A DNA stretch of 64,000 nt from an uncultured Gemmatimonadaceae bacterium (GTDB lineage: Bacteria > Gemmatimonadota > Gemmatimonadetes > Gemmatimonadales > Gemmatimonadaceae): contig CAWAGQ010000004.1 in NCBI GenBank assembly GCA_963781585.1, positions 128,001-192,000 on the forward strand, read 5' to 3'. Each line of letters starts with the position of its first letter. Position 1 is the first letter of the stretch. Shown here in pieces: positions 48,505-57,622 of this stretch. The notes beneath the pieces were generated by a model that saw only the letters and a list, made by a program, of their open reading frames with translations, did not search any database and was not told the origin of the DNA. A program made the position numbers and the translations under genes.

Positions 48505-49170
48505 CTACTCCTCCCCCTCCTCTCCGGCTTCCTCCTCTTCCTTCGGCTTGCGGATCAGCTCCGGCTCCGTCGGAACCTCGGTTTCGGTACCGGCTACCGG
48601 CGTCTCCTCCTGCGCCTTGGGGGCCGCGACCACGGCGATCGTCTCCTCGGCGTCGTCCAGAACTTCCACGCCCTCGGGCACCATGATTTCACCCACGTGC
48701 ACCGAATGGCCGATGCTGACGTTGGTGACGTCCACCGTGATGTGACTCGGCATGTGCGCCGGGTCGACGTGGCACTCGAGCTCCTGCATCACCTGGCTCA
48801 GGATGCCGCCGGACGTCCGCACGCCTTCTGGAATCCCCTGGAGGACAATGGGAATGCGGACGGTGACCTTCTCGCCCGCGACCAGCTCCTGGAAGTCGAC
48901 GTGCAGCACGTCGCGGCGAATGGGATGGCGCTGGATCTCGCGGATCAAGGTGCGCGCCACCGACCCGTCGACGGTCAGCTCGATGACGGTGGTCTCAGCC
49001 GCGATCCGCTCCAGGAGGCGCTCGAGATCGGTGGCATTCACCGACAGCGATTGGGGCGGTCGGGACCGGCCGTAGATGATGGCCGGAATCTGCCCCTGCT
49101 GGCGAAGAGTGCGTGCGGCGCCCTTGCCGGAGTCGGCGCGCGGATTGGCGGAGAGGGTGGCGTTGGACAT
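48505..49170 (-). CDS. rplY: 50S ribosomal protein L25/Ctc
   Basis: GKGAAR.LR, IPAIIYG, HVDF, acidic tail. Confidence 0.95.
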   Translation of the reverse strand: MSNATLSANPRADSGKGAARTLRQQGQIPAIIYGRSRPPQSLSVNATDLERLLERIAAETTVIELTVDGSVARTLIREIQRHPIRRDVLHVDFQELVAGEKVTVRIPIVLQGIPEGVRTSGGILSQVMQELECHVDPAHMPSHITVDVTNVSIGHSVHVGEIMVPEGVEVLDDAEETIAVVAAPKAQEETPVAGTETEVPTEPELIRKPKEEEEAGEEGEE

Positions 49171-49260
49171 GCGTTTGAGAAGAGTAAGGGGTCTGGCTGG
49201 AAATTCGAGGGCTGCGAAGCGAGCCGCGGCCGGGTCAACTGGCAGGAATGCAGCGGGGCG

Positions 49261-50223
49261 CTAGTCCTCCGCCTCGAACAGGCCCGACAGCGACCTGTCG
49301 TCGTGGGTGTTCTTGATGGCCCTGGCGAGCAGCGGGCCGACCGAAAGGACGGTCAGCGTGGAGAACCGCTTTGATTCGGGGACGGCGATGGAATCCGTAA
49401 TTACCACTTCGCGAATTGGCGCTTCACAGAGACGGTGGACTGCGGGGCCCGAGAGCAGGCCGTGGGTGGCGCAGACGTAGATGTCGCGGGCGCCGAGCTC
49501 TTTCAGTGTCCGGGCCGTTTCGGTGACGGTGCCGGCGGTATCGATCATGTCATCGGGAATGACGCAGTCACGCCCATCCACCTCACCCACCAGGTTGAGC
49601 ACCTCAGCCACGTTAGGCATGGGGCGCCGCTTGTCGATCAGCGCGATCGAGGCGTCGAGTCGCTTCGCGAAGCCGCGCGCCATCTTCGCCGAGCCCACGT
49701 CGGGCGCAACAACCACCAGGTCGGTGAACTGCTTCTTCCTGAAGTGAGAGACGAACACCGGCGCGGCGTACAGATGATCGACCGGGATGTCGAAGAACCC
49801 CTGCAACTGATGCTGATGAAAATCGAGGCCGAGGAGTCGGTCGGCACCGGCGGCCTCGATCATGTTGGCCAGCAGCTTCGCCCCGATCGACACGCGCGGC
49901 TGGTCTTTCCGGTCCTGCCGTGAATATCCGTAGTAGGGCATGACGCCGGTCACGCGCTTGGCCGACGCGCGGCGCGCCGCGTCGATCAGGAGCAGGAACT
50001 CCATCACGTTTTCCGCCGGCGGGTTCGTTGGCTGCACGATGAACACGTCCGCGCCACGGACGTTCTCGTCGATCCGGACAAAGATTTCGCCGTCGGCGAA
50101 CCGCGTCAGCGTCACCTTGCACAGGTCGACCCCGAGATGGCGGGCGATCTCCCGGGCCAGACCTTCATTGGCAGTTCCCGCAATGAGCTTGAACCCGCGG
50201 AATCCGCCCGGCAGATGGTCCAT
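49261..50223 (-). CDS. prs: Ribose-phosphate pyrophosphokinase
   Basis: FADGEI, YYGYSRQDRK, APDVG, DDMIDTAGT. Confidence 0.96.
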   Translation of the reverse strand: MDHLPGGFRGFKLIAGTANEGLAREIARHLGVDLCKVTLTRFADGEIFVRIDENVRGADVFIVQPTNPPAENVMEFLLLIDAARRASAKRVTGVMPYYGYSRQDRKDQPRVSIGAKLLANMIEAAGADRLLGLDFHQHQLQGFFDIPVDHLYAAPVFVSHFRKKQFTDLVVVAPDVGSAKMARGFAKRLDASIALIDKRRPMPNVAEVLNLVGEVDGRDCVIPDDMIDTAGTVTETARTLKELGARDIYVCATHGLLSGPAVHRLCEAPIREVVITDSIAVPESKRFSTLTVLSVGPLLARAIKNTHDDRSLSGLFEAED

Positions 50224-50279
50224 GACCGTACTCGGCACCTCGGTGGGGGCTCGTGTGTAACCCTGCGCGCGCCAACGCA

Positions 50280-50350
50280 TTGCCCCCGGTGGATTCGAAC
50301 CACCATTCTCGGATCCAAAGTCCGATGTCCTGCCGTTGGACGAGGGGGCA
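50280..50350 (-). tRNA. tRNA-Gln (anticodon UUG), CCA not encoded
   Basis: TGCCCCCTCGTCCAACGGCAGGACATCGGACTTTGGATCCGAGAATGGTGGTTCGAATCCACCGGGGGCAA folds as a cloverleaf with a GTTCGAATC T-loop. It sits in the usual ispE-tRNA-Gln-prs context. Confidence 0.96.
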
Positions 50351-50367
50351 ATCGCGAGTCCCCAAAC

Positions 50368-51288
50368 CTAGTCGATCCGAACTACAGGCTCAACGCGCTC
50401 GGCGGTGGCGGTTTCGATGATCGACACGCCCGGTTCGTCCACGCGCCAGCTGGCCGGACCAGCGCCGTCGGCCGACGGCGCTCCAGCGAGGGCGACGACC
50501 GCCGAGCCGGATCCCGACAGCAGGCAGATGGAACCGGTTCCGAGGAGACTGGCGGCACCGCGACTGCGCAGCGTGTTGAGCAGTCGGGCGATGACGGGCT
50601 CGTGGCCCGCGACCGGGCGCTCGAAGTCGTTGTGGACCCAACCGGCGACCGCCGGCCACGACCGGAGGGCCTGGGATGGCAGCACGACGGCCGGCGACGC
50701 CTGCGGGTCCTGGTCGATCCACTGGTAGGCGTCGTGGGTCGACACCGATACCGAGGGCATGAACACCCAGCCGCGGCGCGCCGTCAATGGCGGCAGGGCA
50801 AGCAGCCGCTCTCCGCGGCCCCACCCCAGGGCCAGCGGCGAGACGTCCTGTGTGAGAAAGGGAACGTCGGCGCCTAACGAGCCCGCCAGGGAAATCAGCA
50901 ATTCGGGCTCCACGGGACGCGGATTCAGCGCATTCAGACCCCGGAGCACGGCGCCGGCATCGGCGCTCCCGCCACCAAGGCCCGCGCCCACCGGAATCCG
51001 CTTGCGTATCCCGATCGCGAATCCGGTTGGCCACCCGGCGCGCTCGCGGTAGGCGGATGCCGCCCGCCACGCGAGGTTGTCTTCGACCGGACCCAGTCGC
51101 TCCAGCGAAACGCCCTCGCCGTCGCAGTCCAGCGACCGGTCACGCGCCGGCGCGCGCACCGTCACATCGTCGCCGAGCGCCAGCCGGCAGTAGAGCGTCT
51201 CCACCTGATGGAAGCCCGTGACGTCGCGGGCCAGGACGCGCAGAAAGAGGTTGACCTTCGCCTGGGCGAGCAGCCGCGCGGCACCCAT
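50368..51288 (-). CDS. ispE: 4-diphosphocytidyl-2-C-methyl-D-erythritol kinase
   Basis: AKVNLFL, KRIPVGAGLGGGSAD, LGADVPF, SGSGS. Confidence 0.93.
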   Translation of the reverse strand: MGAARLLAQAKVNLFLRVLARDVTGFHQVETLYCRLALGDDVTVRAPARDRSLDCDGEGVSLERLGPVEDNLAWRAASAYRERAGWPTGFAIGIRKRIPVGAGLGGGSADAGAVLRGLNALNPRPVEPELLISLAGSLGADVPFLTQDVSPLALGWGRGERLLALPPLTARRGWVFMPSVSVSTHDAYQWIDQDPQASPAVVLPSQALRSWPAVAGWVHNDFERPVAGHEPVIARLLNTLRSRGAASLLGTGSICLLSGSGSAVVALAGAPSADGAGPASWRVDEPGVSIIETATAERVEPVVRID

Positions 51289-51292
51289 GGGT

Positions 51293-52315
51293 TCAGTGCT
51301 CGACGGCGGGGGCGCTCAGGTCGCGGAAGTGCAATCCGAGCCCCGCGAAGTACCAGAGACCGATTACCGTGATCGGAATGAACGAGAGCAGGTGGTATCC
51401 AATCGCGAAACTCACGGCCACCGTTTCGTCGACGCCGTAGACGGTCAACCCGGCCTTCGAGATGGCCTCGAAGACACCGAAAAACCCGGGTGACGAGGGA
51501 ATGGCCACGCCCAGGGCGAGCAGGCTCTGAATGAAGATCGCCGCCGAGAACGGGGCGGTAATGCCGAACGCCCGAAAGGCGAGCCAGAACGAGACACCGT
51601 TCACCCCCCACTGCACCAGGCTCCAGGCGAGCACGATGGCGAACCGTCCCGGATCGCGAAGCACGCCGAGTCCCGACGCGAACGAGAGCAACAGGCCCCG
51701 GCCGCGCTCGGCGAATCGCGGGAGCAGCCGGCCAGCCGCTGCGTCCCACAGGCGGAGCATGGTCTGCGGAAAGAAGGCGATGACGGCGATGAAGACGAGC
51801 GCCGACAGCGCGACCACCGCCCCCAGCAGGAGCCAGTGCTCCGCCGGCCGCCCCCCGATCCTGGTGCCGCGGGGAAACGAGGGAGCGACCACCACCACCA
51901 GCAGGAACGCCAGTATCGCGATGCCGTCGAAGATCCGATCCACGGCCAGCGATCCGAGCGCGGCGGCAAAGGAGACGCGCGACGACTCACGCGCCGTTTC
52001 GCGGGTGAGCGTGAAGGCGCGCGCCAGCTCCCCGGCCCTGGCCGGAACGACGTTGTTGACCATCATCCCGATCGCCGTCGATCGCCAGAGCGCGCCATAT
52101 GACACATCGGGCGCCACCGGATGGAGGATGTATCTCCATCGCCACGCGCGGATCGGAAAGGCCGTGGTGGCGACGGCGACCGCGGCCAGCAGCAGGTACA
52201 CATTGGCGCCGCGCAGGATCTGCCAGACCCGCGCCAGCGACACGTCGTGCAGGGTCCAGTAGAGGAGCGCGACGCTGAGGGCCATGCCTAAAGCGCCGCG
52301 CCATCCGATGCGCAT
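51293..52315 (-). CDS. Lysylphosphatidylglycerol synthase TM / UPF0104 flippase-like membrane protein
   Basis: RAWRW, NNVVPARAGE, DRIFD, IPSSPGFFG; multi-TM. Confidence 0.85.
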   Translation of the reverse strand: MRIGWRGALGMALSVALLYWTLHDVSLARVWQILRGANVYLLLAAVAVATTAFPIRAWRWRYILHPVAPDVSYGALWRSTAIGMMVNNVVPARAGELARAFTLTRETARESSRVSFAAALGSLAVDRIFDGIAILAFLLVVVVAPSFPRGTRIGGRPAEHWLLLGAVVALSALVFIAVIAFFPQTMLRLWDAAAGRLLPRFAERGRGLLLSFASGLGVLRDPGRFAIVLAWSLVQWGVNGVSFWLAFRAFGITAPFSAAIFIQSLLALGVAIPSSPGFFGVFEAISKAGLTVYGVDETVAVSFAIGYHLLSFIPITVIGLWYFAGLGLHFRDLSAPAVEH

Positions 52316-52320
52316 CGACC

Positions 52321-53868
52321 CTACTCCGCGCGCGCGAGGTCGAGCAGGTCGTACAACTCCTTCAGCGACTCCTCATCCGCTGCCCCCCGCTCGCGCATGG
52401 CGTCGCGCACTTCGATCGCACGGTCCAGCGCCGACCGGCCACGATAGAGCAGGGTGTCGATCGGGACGATGTCGTCGCTCTCGAGGCGCGCCGGTGGGCT
52501 GAGCGGCTCGTCCTCGAGCGACCGCAACCCCGCGAGGCCCGTCTGCAGGAGTGCCTGGAGCGCCTGACCCGAGGCGCCGCGATTCGGTGATGGGACCTTC
52601 GCCCCCAGCGGAACCCGGGCGGCCGCCGGTTCCGAGGGAGCGACCCCGGAGCGCACCGCGGGCTGTGCCGCCGGCGTCACGCGCCGAGACCGCGACAGCA
52701 GTGCCACCCGCTGTTCGATCTCCGCAACCGGGACGCCCGGCAGAAGCAGGATCTGTGCTGCGGCATCGACCGCATTCAGCCCTTCGACGTCGAGCGGATC
52801 CGATCGACGTCCGGCGTCCCCGAAGAACGCAGCGGCCTGCGGCGCATCGAACCCGGCGGCGAATCGTTCCATCCGGTCCAGGTTGAGGCGGAGATCCCGA
52901 CGAACGCGTTCGCGAGTGATGGGGTCGACGGCGACCCGCGCGTCGGCCACGAGTCGGCGAAGGTGCTCGGCGCGCGTCGTGCCTTCCTCGCGAAAGCGCG
53001 CGTCGGGGGCGCTCGCAGTCCCGCGCTCGACAACGTGCGGTCCGGTGTCGGAATAGAACAGCTGGTCGATCGGCACCACCGGAGGCTCGGATTCCAGGCG
53101 GGTATCGCGAGCAGCCGAGGCGCGCGCGAATCGCGCGATCTCGCCGCTGGCCAGGTTGATGCGGCCGCGGGCGCGCAGGTCGGCGGAGGCGCGCCGGAGC
53201 AGGGCAGCGGCCGCGCGAAAGAGCTCCCCTTCGGTCTCGGTCAGCGGTGCGTCGGGAGACAGCGAGCGGAGTCCGGTCTCGACGCTGTCCGCGACATCGC
53301 CCAGCGGCGCGTGATCCGCCACGCCGGCGATGCCGCGCAGGCTGCGGACGCGGCTCACGACGTCGTCCAGCAGCGCCCGGTTGCTGGAATCGGCGACGAA
53401 CGCGTCCAGATCGGTGGCGATGGCGGCGATCTGCAGCGCGACATACACCGGCGCGGTGGTCGCGGCCGGCGCCGGGGGTGTCGGCCGCGCTCCTTCGTTA
53501 GGCACGTGCCGTCGCAGGGCGGTGATGCGGCGACTGGCGCGCTGATCGTCGGCCGCGGTCCAGCTCGAGGCGGCCGTGATCAATGCCCGCAGGTCTTCAA
53601 CCGCGTCGCGCAGGTCGTCCAGCAGGCCCAGCGACCAGGACAGTCCGCCATCCCGAAGCTCGTTGCCGATCCGCTCCAGCACGAACGCCAGCTCTCCTAC
53701 GCGCGGCACGCGGGCCATGGTAGCGCTGCCTCTTAGCGCCCGCGCAGCGGCCACGAAAGCCCCGGCGTCGGGCTCGCTGTCGTGCCGGGCGAGCTCTCCC
53801 TGAATGGCCTCCAGGTACTCGTCGGCCTCGGCATGGAAGAATCGCAGCAGATCCGGGGAGTGAGTCAT
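52321..53868 (-). CDS. Protein with tandem degenerate HPt-like helical bundles
   Basis: FF..EA.EYL...AARALRGSATMA and VRSLRGIAG resemble CheA-P1 H-x-x-KG motifs with Arg in place of His. Confidence 0.75.
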   Translation of the reverse strand: MTHSPDLLRFFHAEADEYLEAIQGELARHDSEPDAGAFVAAARALRGSATMARVPRVGELAFVLERIGNELRDGGLSWSLGLLDDLRDAVEDLRALITAASSWTAADDQRASRRITALRRHVPNEGARPTPPAPAATTAPVYVALQIAAIATDLDAFVADSSNRALLDDVVSRVRSLRGIAGVADHAPLGDVADSVETGLRSLSPDAPLTETEGELFRAAAALLRRASADLRARGRINLASGEIARFARASAARDTRLESEPPVVPIDQLFYSDTGPHVVERGTASAPDARFREEGTTRAEHLRRLVADARVAVDPITRERVRRDLRLNLDRMERFAAGFDAPQAAAFFGDAGRRSDPLDVEGLNAVDAAAQILLLPGVPVAEIEQRVALLSRSRRVTPAAQPAVRSGVAPSEPAAARVPLGAKVPSPNRGASGQALQALLQTGLAGLRSLEDEPLSPPARLESDDIVPIDTLLYRGRSALDRAIEVRDAMRERGAADEESLKELYDLLDLARAE

Positions 53869-53904
53869 GAGCGGATGGCGGCTGGGATATCCGTGGGCAG
53901 GCGA

Positions 53905-54642
53905 CTACGCCCCGCCCCGCGCGTGACGCATCGCGGTGAGCATCTCACGGACGGCGCTTCCGATCCCTGCGAACACGGCACGGCTCACGATGGAATGTCC
54001 GATGTTGAGTTCCTCGATCTCAGGGACGGCTGCCACCCGCCCGACGTTTCGCAAGGTAAGGCCATGGCCGGCATGGACGTGCAGGCCAAGACCCACCCCG
54101 TGGGCCGCCGCCTTCCGGATTGCCGCGATCCTGGACGGGTCGTCGGGCGCCTCCGCGTAACGCCCGGTGTGAAGCTCGACGGCGTCTGCGCCAAGGTCCC
54201 GAGAGCGGGTCACGGCGTCCGCGTCCGGATCGATGAAGAGGCTGACGCGAACGGACGCGGCGCGCAGCTGTTCGACGGCTCGGGTAAGCGCACCCTGGTG
54301 ATCCCGTCCCACATCGAGCCCTCCCTCGGTCGTCAGCTCTTCCCTCCGTTCCGGCACCAGGGTCACCTGATACGGCCGGAGGCGTCCGCCGATGCCCAGC
54401 ATTTCGTCCACGCAGGCCATCTCCAGATTGAACACCGTCCGAATGGTGCGCGCCAGCCGCTCGACGTCGCCGTCCTGGATGTGCCGGCGGTCTTCTCGGA
54501 GGTGCGCGGTGATCCCGTCGGCGCCGGCAGCCTCGCACTCCAGCGCGGCGGAAACCGGATCGGGTTCCGCACCATGACGCGCCTCGCGGATCGTAGCGAT
54601 GTGATCGACGTTGATGTACAGCCGCTGACGGGGAATTGGCAC
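53905..54642 (-). CDS. pdxJ: Pyridoxine 5'-phosphate synthase
   Basis: INVDHIATIREAR, HLREDRRHI, ELTTEGGLD, HAGHGL, ELNIGHSI. Confidence 0.96.
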   Translation of the reverse strand: MPIPRQRLYINVDHIATIREARHGAEPDPVSAALECEAAGADGITAHLREDRRHIQDGDVERLARTIRTVFNLEMACVDEMLGIGGRLRPYQVTLVPERREELTTEGGLDVGRDHQGALTRAVEQLRAASVRVSLFIDPDADAVTRSRDLGADAVELHTGRYAEAPDDPSRIAAIRKAAAHGVGLGLHVHAGHGLTLRNVGRVAAVPEIEELNIGHSIVSRAVFAGIGSAVREMLTAMRHARGGA

Positions 54643-54749
54643 GGTCAGGAATCGTCTCGCGTGGCGCGTCCCCGGCTGTTGCCCGACGGGACGTTGCTCG
54701 TCGCAACCGGGGTCATTACGTTCGCTGGTAATCTCGCTCGGAGCAGTCC

Positions 54750-55178
54750 GTGAGAAAGTGGGTATTGCTTGCCTTGCTGGCGTGCGGGTGCGGTCGAAAT
54801 CCCGGCCCCGGTGTGTCGATGACCGGCGCGGTGGCGCCACGGCAGGCGGTGATCGTGTTCCTGAACGCCGTGGAGTCGCAGGACCTGCAAGCCATGTCGA
54901 CCGTGTGGGGCACGTCTCAGGGACCGGCGCGGGACCAGATCGACCGATCGGACCTCGATAAGCGGCTCATCCTGATGCAGAGTTGCTTTGCGCACGATCG
55001 CTACCAGGTGGTCGACGAGGGACCCGCCCCGACGGGCGAGCACCAGGTGCGAGTCACGCTGGTGCGCGGTGCCAAGTCCCGGACAGTGTCGTTCGTTACG
55101 TACAAGGGTCCATCGGATCGCTACTACATGAGCGTTCTCGAGAAGGACTTCAACGCCATCCGCGATTTCTGCTCGTGA
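54750..55178 (+). CDS. Hypothetical lipoprotein
   Basis: Short signal peptide with LLAC/GC lipobox, GC3-biased codons, divergent from pdxJ. Confidence 0.7.
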   Translation: MRKWVLLALLACGCGRNPGPGVSMTGAVAPRQAVIVFLNAVESQDLQAMSTVWGTSQGPARDQIDRSDLDKRLILMQSCFAHDRYQVVDEGPAPTGEHQVRVTLVRGAKSRTVSFVTYKGPSDRYYMSVLEKDFNAIRDFCS

Positions 55179-55214
55179 TCCGCGCATAGCGGAACCGCGT
55201 TGCCTGCGGCGAGA

Positions 55215-55625
55215 TTAGTACTCGGACAGTTCGACAAGGATTCCCGACGTCGACGAGGGGTGGAGAAACGCGATTCGTTTCCCCTCCGCTCCCGTTCGTG
55301 GGTGTTCATCGATCACACGCAGGCCGGCGTCACGACAGCGCTGCAGGGTGGCGTCGAGGTCATCCACCGCGAAGCAGATGTGGTGGATTCCGGGTCCGCG
55401 TCTGGCGAGGAACCGCCCGATGGGCGACTCAGGCTCTTGTGCCTCGAGCAGCTCGACGAGCGACCGATCGGCGGTGAAGCCCGCAATGCGTGCGCTGTCA
55501 GCATCGGCCAGCGCCTGTTCCGGCAACCCCAGAATGTCGCGGTAGAAGGGCACCGCGTCGGCCAGGGACCGGACGGCGATTCCGACGTGCGCGATGCGCG
55601 TGGCGCGGGTGCGGGGGTCCTCCAT
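55215..55625 (-). CDS. mce: Methylmalonyl-CoA epimerase (VOC family)
   Basis: IAHVGIAV, VELLE, GPGIHHICF, AFLHPSSTSGILVEL. Confidence 0.88.
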   Translation of the reverse strand: MEDPRTRATRIAHVGIAVRSLADAVPFYRDILGLPEQALADADSARIAGFTADRSLVELLEAQEPESPIGRFLARRGPGIHHICFAVDDLDATLQRCRDAGLRVIDEHPRTGAEGKRIAFLHPSSTSGILVELSEY

Positions 55626-55708
55626 CGAACAGGCGCTCCGAGAGGCGGTGCGCGCACAAGCTAGCCTGCGTCCATGGTGACGCGAAGGCCCAGGGAGGCC
55701 AACCGAAC

Positions 55709-56035
55709 ATGTCCACTGCGGTCGCGGTAACCGATCAGACGTTTGAACTGGAAATCGAGAAGCACACCGGACTGGCGGTCGTGGACTTCTGGGCTGGGTG
55801 GTGCGGTCCATGTCGCCTCATCGCCCCAATTCTTGACCAGCTGGCCGTCGAATACGCCGGCAAGGCGAAGGTCGCCAAGATGGACGTTGATGCGAACATG
55901 CGGACGCCGACCCGGTTCAACGTTCGGTCCATCCCGATGGTGCTGTTCTTCAAGGACGGGCTCCTGGTCGATCAGGTCGTGGGTGCCGTCCCACGTCCCG
56001 TGCTCGAGGAGAAGTTTCGCAAGCACGCCGCCTAA
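55709..56035 (+). CDS. trxA: Thioredoxin
   Basis: DFWAGWCGPC, cis-Pro SIP, GGGAGG SD. Confidence 0.95.
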   Translation: MSTAVAVTDQTFELEIEKHTGLAVVDFWAGWCGPCRLIAPILDQLAVEYAGKAKVAKMDVDANMRTPTRFNVRSIPMVLFFKDGLLVDQVVGAVPRPVLEEKFRKHAA

Positions 56036-56051
56036 CCCCTGGCGGGGCGGC

Positions 56052-56888
56052 ATGGACACCGTCGTCGCGGGCGGCATTCTGTACGTCGTTGCCACGCCGA
56101 TCGGCAACCTCGGCGACGTCACGTTGCGTGCCCTCGACGTGCTGCGCGGCGTCCACCTGATACTGGCAGAGGATACCCGAACAACGCGGATTCTGCTCGA
56201 TCACTTCGGCATCCGAGCGTCCATGCGGTCCCTGCACGAGCACAACGAGGCGCGTTCGATTGGCGGCGTGCTGCAGCGCCTGGCACGAGACGAGGCGGTC
56301 GCGCTGGTGTCGGACGCGGGCACGCCGCTCATTTCCGATCCCGGTGGCCGCCTGGTGCGTGCCGTCTGGGAGGCTGGACGGCGCGTCGTCCCCGTCCCTG
56401 GGGCGAGCGCGGTCACCGCGGCCCTCTCCGCGGCAGGCGTGGACACGAACCGATTCACCTTCCTCGGCTTCCTCCCCCGTTCCGGAAAGGAGCGCGCGGC
56501 GGCGCTGCACGCGCTTAGCACAATGCCGCACACGAGCGTACTTTACGAGTCTCCCGGGAGGCTCGCGCGTACGCTCCGGGACCTTGCCGGAGTCGGGTGC
56601 GGCGACCGGGAAGCGGTAGTCGCGCGCGAGGTGACCAAACGATTCGAAGACTTCCGGCGCGGAACGGTGTCCTCGCTCGCAGCGTACTACGCTTCGTCGC
56701 CCCCACGCGGCGAAGTCGTGATCGTGTGCGCGGGACGTCCCGAGGAAGTGGCCGACGAAACGATGCTCCGTGAACGTGTGCGTGCCATGCAGGAGAACGG
56801 CGCCAGCGCGCGCGAGATCATGAGCGCGCTGGCGCGTGAGCATGGCGTCGCCCGGAATCTGGCGTACCGGCTGGCTCACGGCGCATGA
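56052..56888 (+). CDS. rsmI: 16S rRNA (cytidine(1402)-2'-O)-methyltransferase
   Basis: LYVVATPIGNLGD, AEDTR, SDAGTPLISDPG, YESP, RGE. Confidence 0.95.
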   Translation: MDTVVAGGILYVVATPIGNLGDVTLRALDVLRGVHLILAEDTRTTRILLDHFGIRASMRSLHEHNEARSIGGVLQRLARDEAVALVSDAGTPLISDPGGRLVRAVWEAGRRVVPVPGASAVTAALSAAGVDTNRFTFLGFLPRSGKERAAALHALSTMPHTSVLYESPGRLARTLRDLAGVGCGDREAVVAREVTKRFEDFRRGTVSSLAAYYASSPPRGEVVIVCAGRPEEVADETMLRERVRAMQENGASAREIMSALAREHGVARNLAYRLAHGA

Positions 56889-57622
56889 AAGCTCCCGGGA
56901 TCGCCGCGGCGCTGCTGGCGTTCGTGTTCGCGCCGCCGGGCACCACCCTCCCGGTGCGCACAACTCGCGCGCCGGCGGCCTCCCTGGAACATGGGCACGC
57001 CGGTCTCGCGTCGGCTCCGCGGATGACGATCGCGCGGCTTCAGTACGGCGGCGGCGGAGACTGGTACGCCAATCCCTCCAGCCTCCCCAATCTGCTGAAG
57101 GCGATCAACGAGCGAACGACGCTGCGGGTGGAGAATACGGAAGCGCGCGTCACGCTCATGGACGAACGCCTGTGGGACTTTCCATTCCTGCACGTCACCG
57201 GACACGGAACCATCCGGTTCTCCGACGAAGAGGTCGTGCGCCTGCGGGACTACCTGCTGCGCGGCGGTTTCCTGCACGTCGACGACAATTATGGATTGGA
57301 CGAGAGCTTCCGGAAGGAGATCGGTCGCGTGTTCCCCAACCGGCCGCTCGTGGACGTGCCGCTGACCCATCCCATCTATCACATCGTCTACGATTTCCCC
57401 AAGGGTATTCCGAAGATCCACGAGCACGATGGAGCGCCGGCACGCGGCTTCGGCATCTTCATTGGAGATCGGCTCGCCGTGTACTACAGCTACTCGAGCG
57501 ATCTGGGGAATGGATGGGAGGACCCCGGCACGTACAACGATCCTCCCGCGCTGCATGAAGCGGCGCTGCGCATGGGAGTCAACCTGTTCGTCTACGCCGT
57601 GACCAGCCGGCCCACATCATGA
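56885..57622 (+). CDS. DUF4159 domain protein
   Basis: RLQYGGGGDWY, PFLHVTGHG, GGFLHVDDNYG, DLGNGWE, MGVN. Confidence 0.85.
   Translation: MKAPGIAAALLAFVFAPPGTTLPVRTTRAPAASLEHGHAGLASAPRMTIARLQYGGGGDWYANPSSLPNLLKAINERTTLRVENTEARVTLMDERLWDFPFLHVTGHGTIRFSDEEVVRLRDYLLRGGFLHVDDNYGLDESFRKEIGRVFPNRPLVDVPLTHPIYHIVYDFPKGIPKIHEHDGAPARGFGIFIGDRLAVYYSYSSDLGNGWEDPGTYNDPPALHEAALRMGVNLFVYAVTSRPTS

Noticed and set aside
50280..50350. tRNA-Gln as an integration site for a genomic island
   Set aside because: Flanked by ispE and prs in the usual order; I saw no integrase or duplicated tRNA 3' end.
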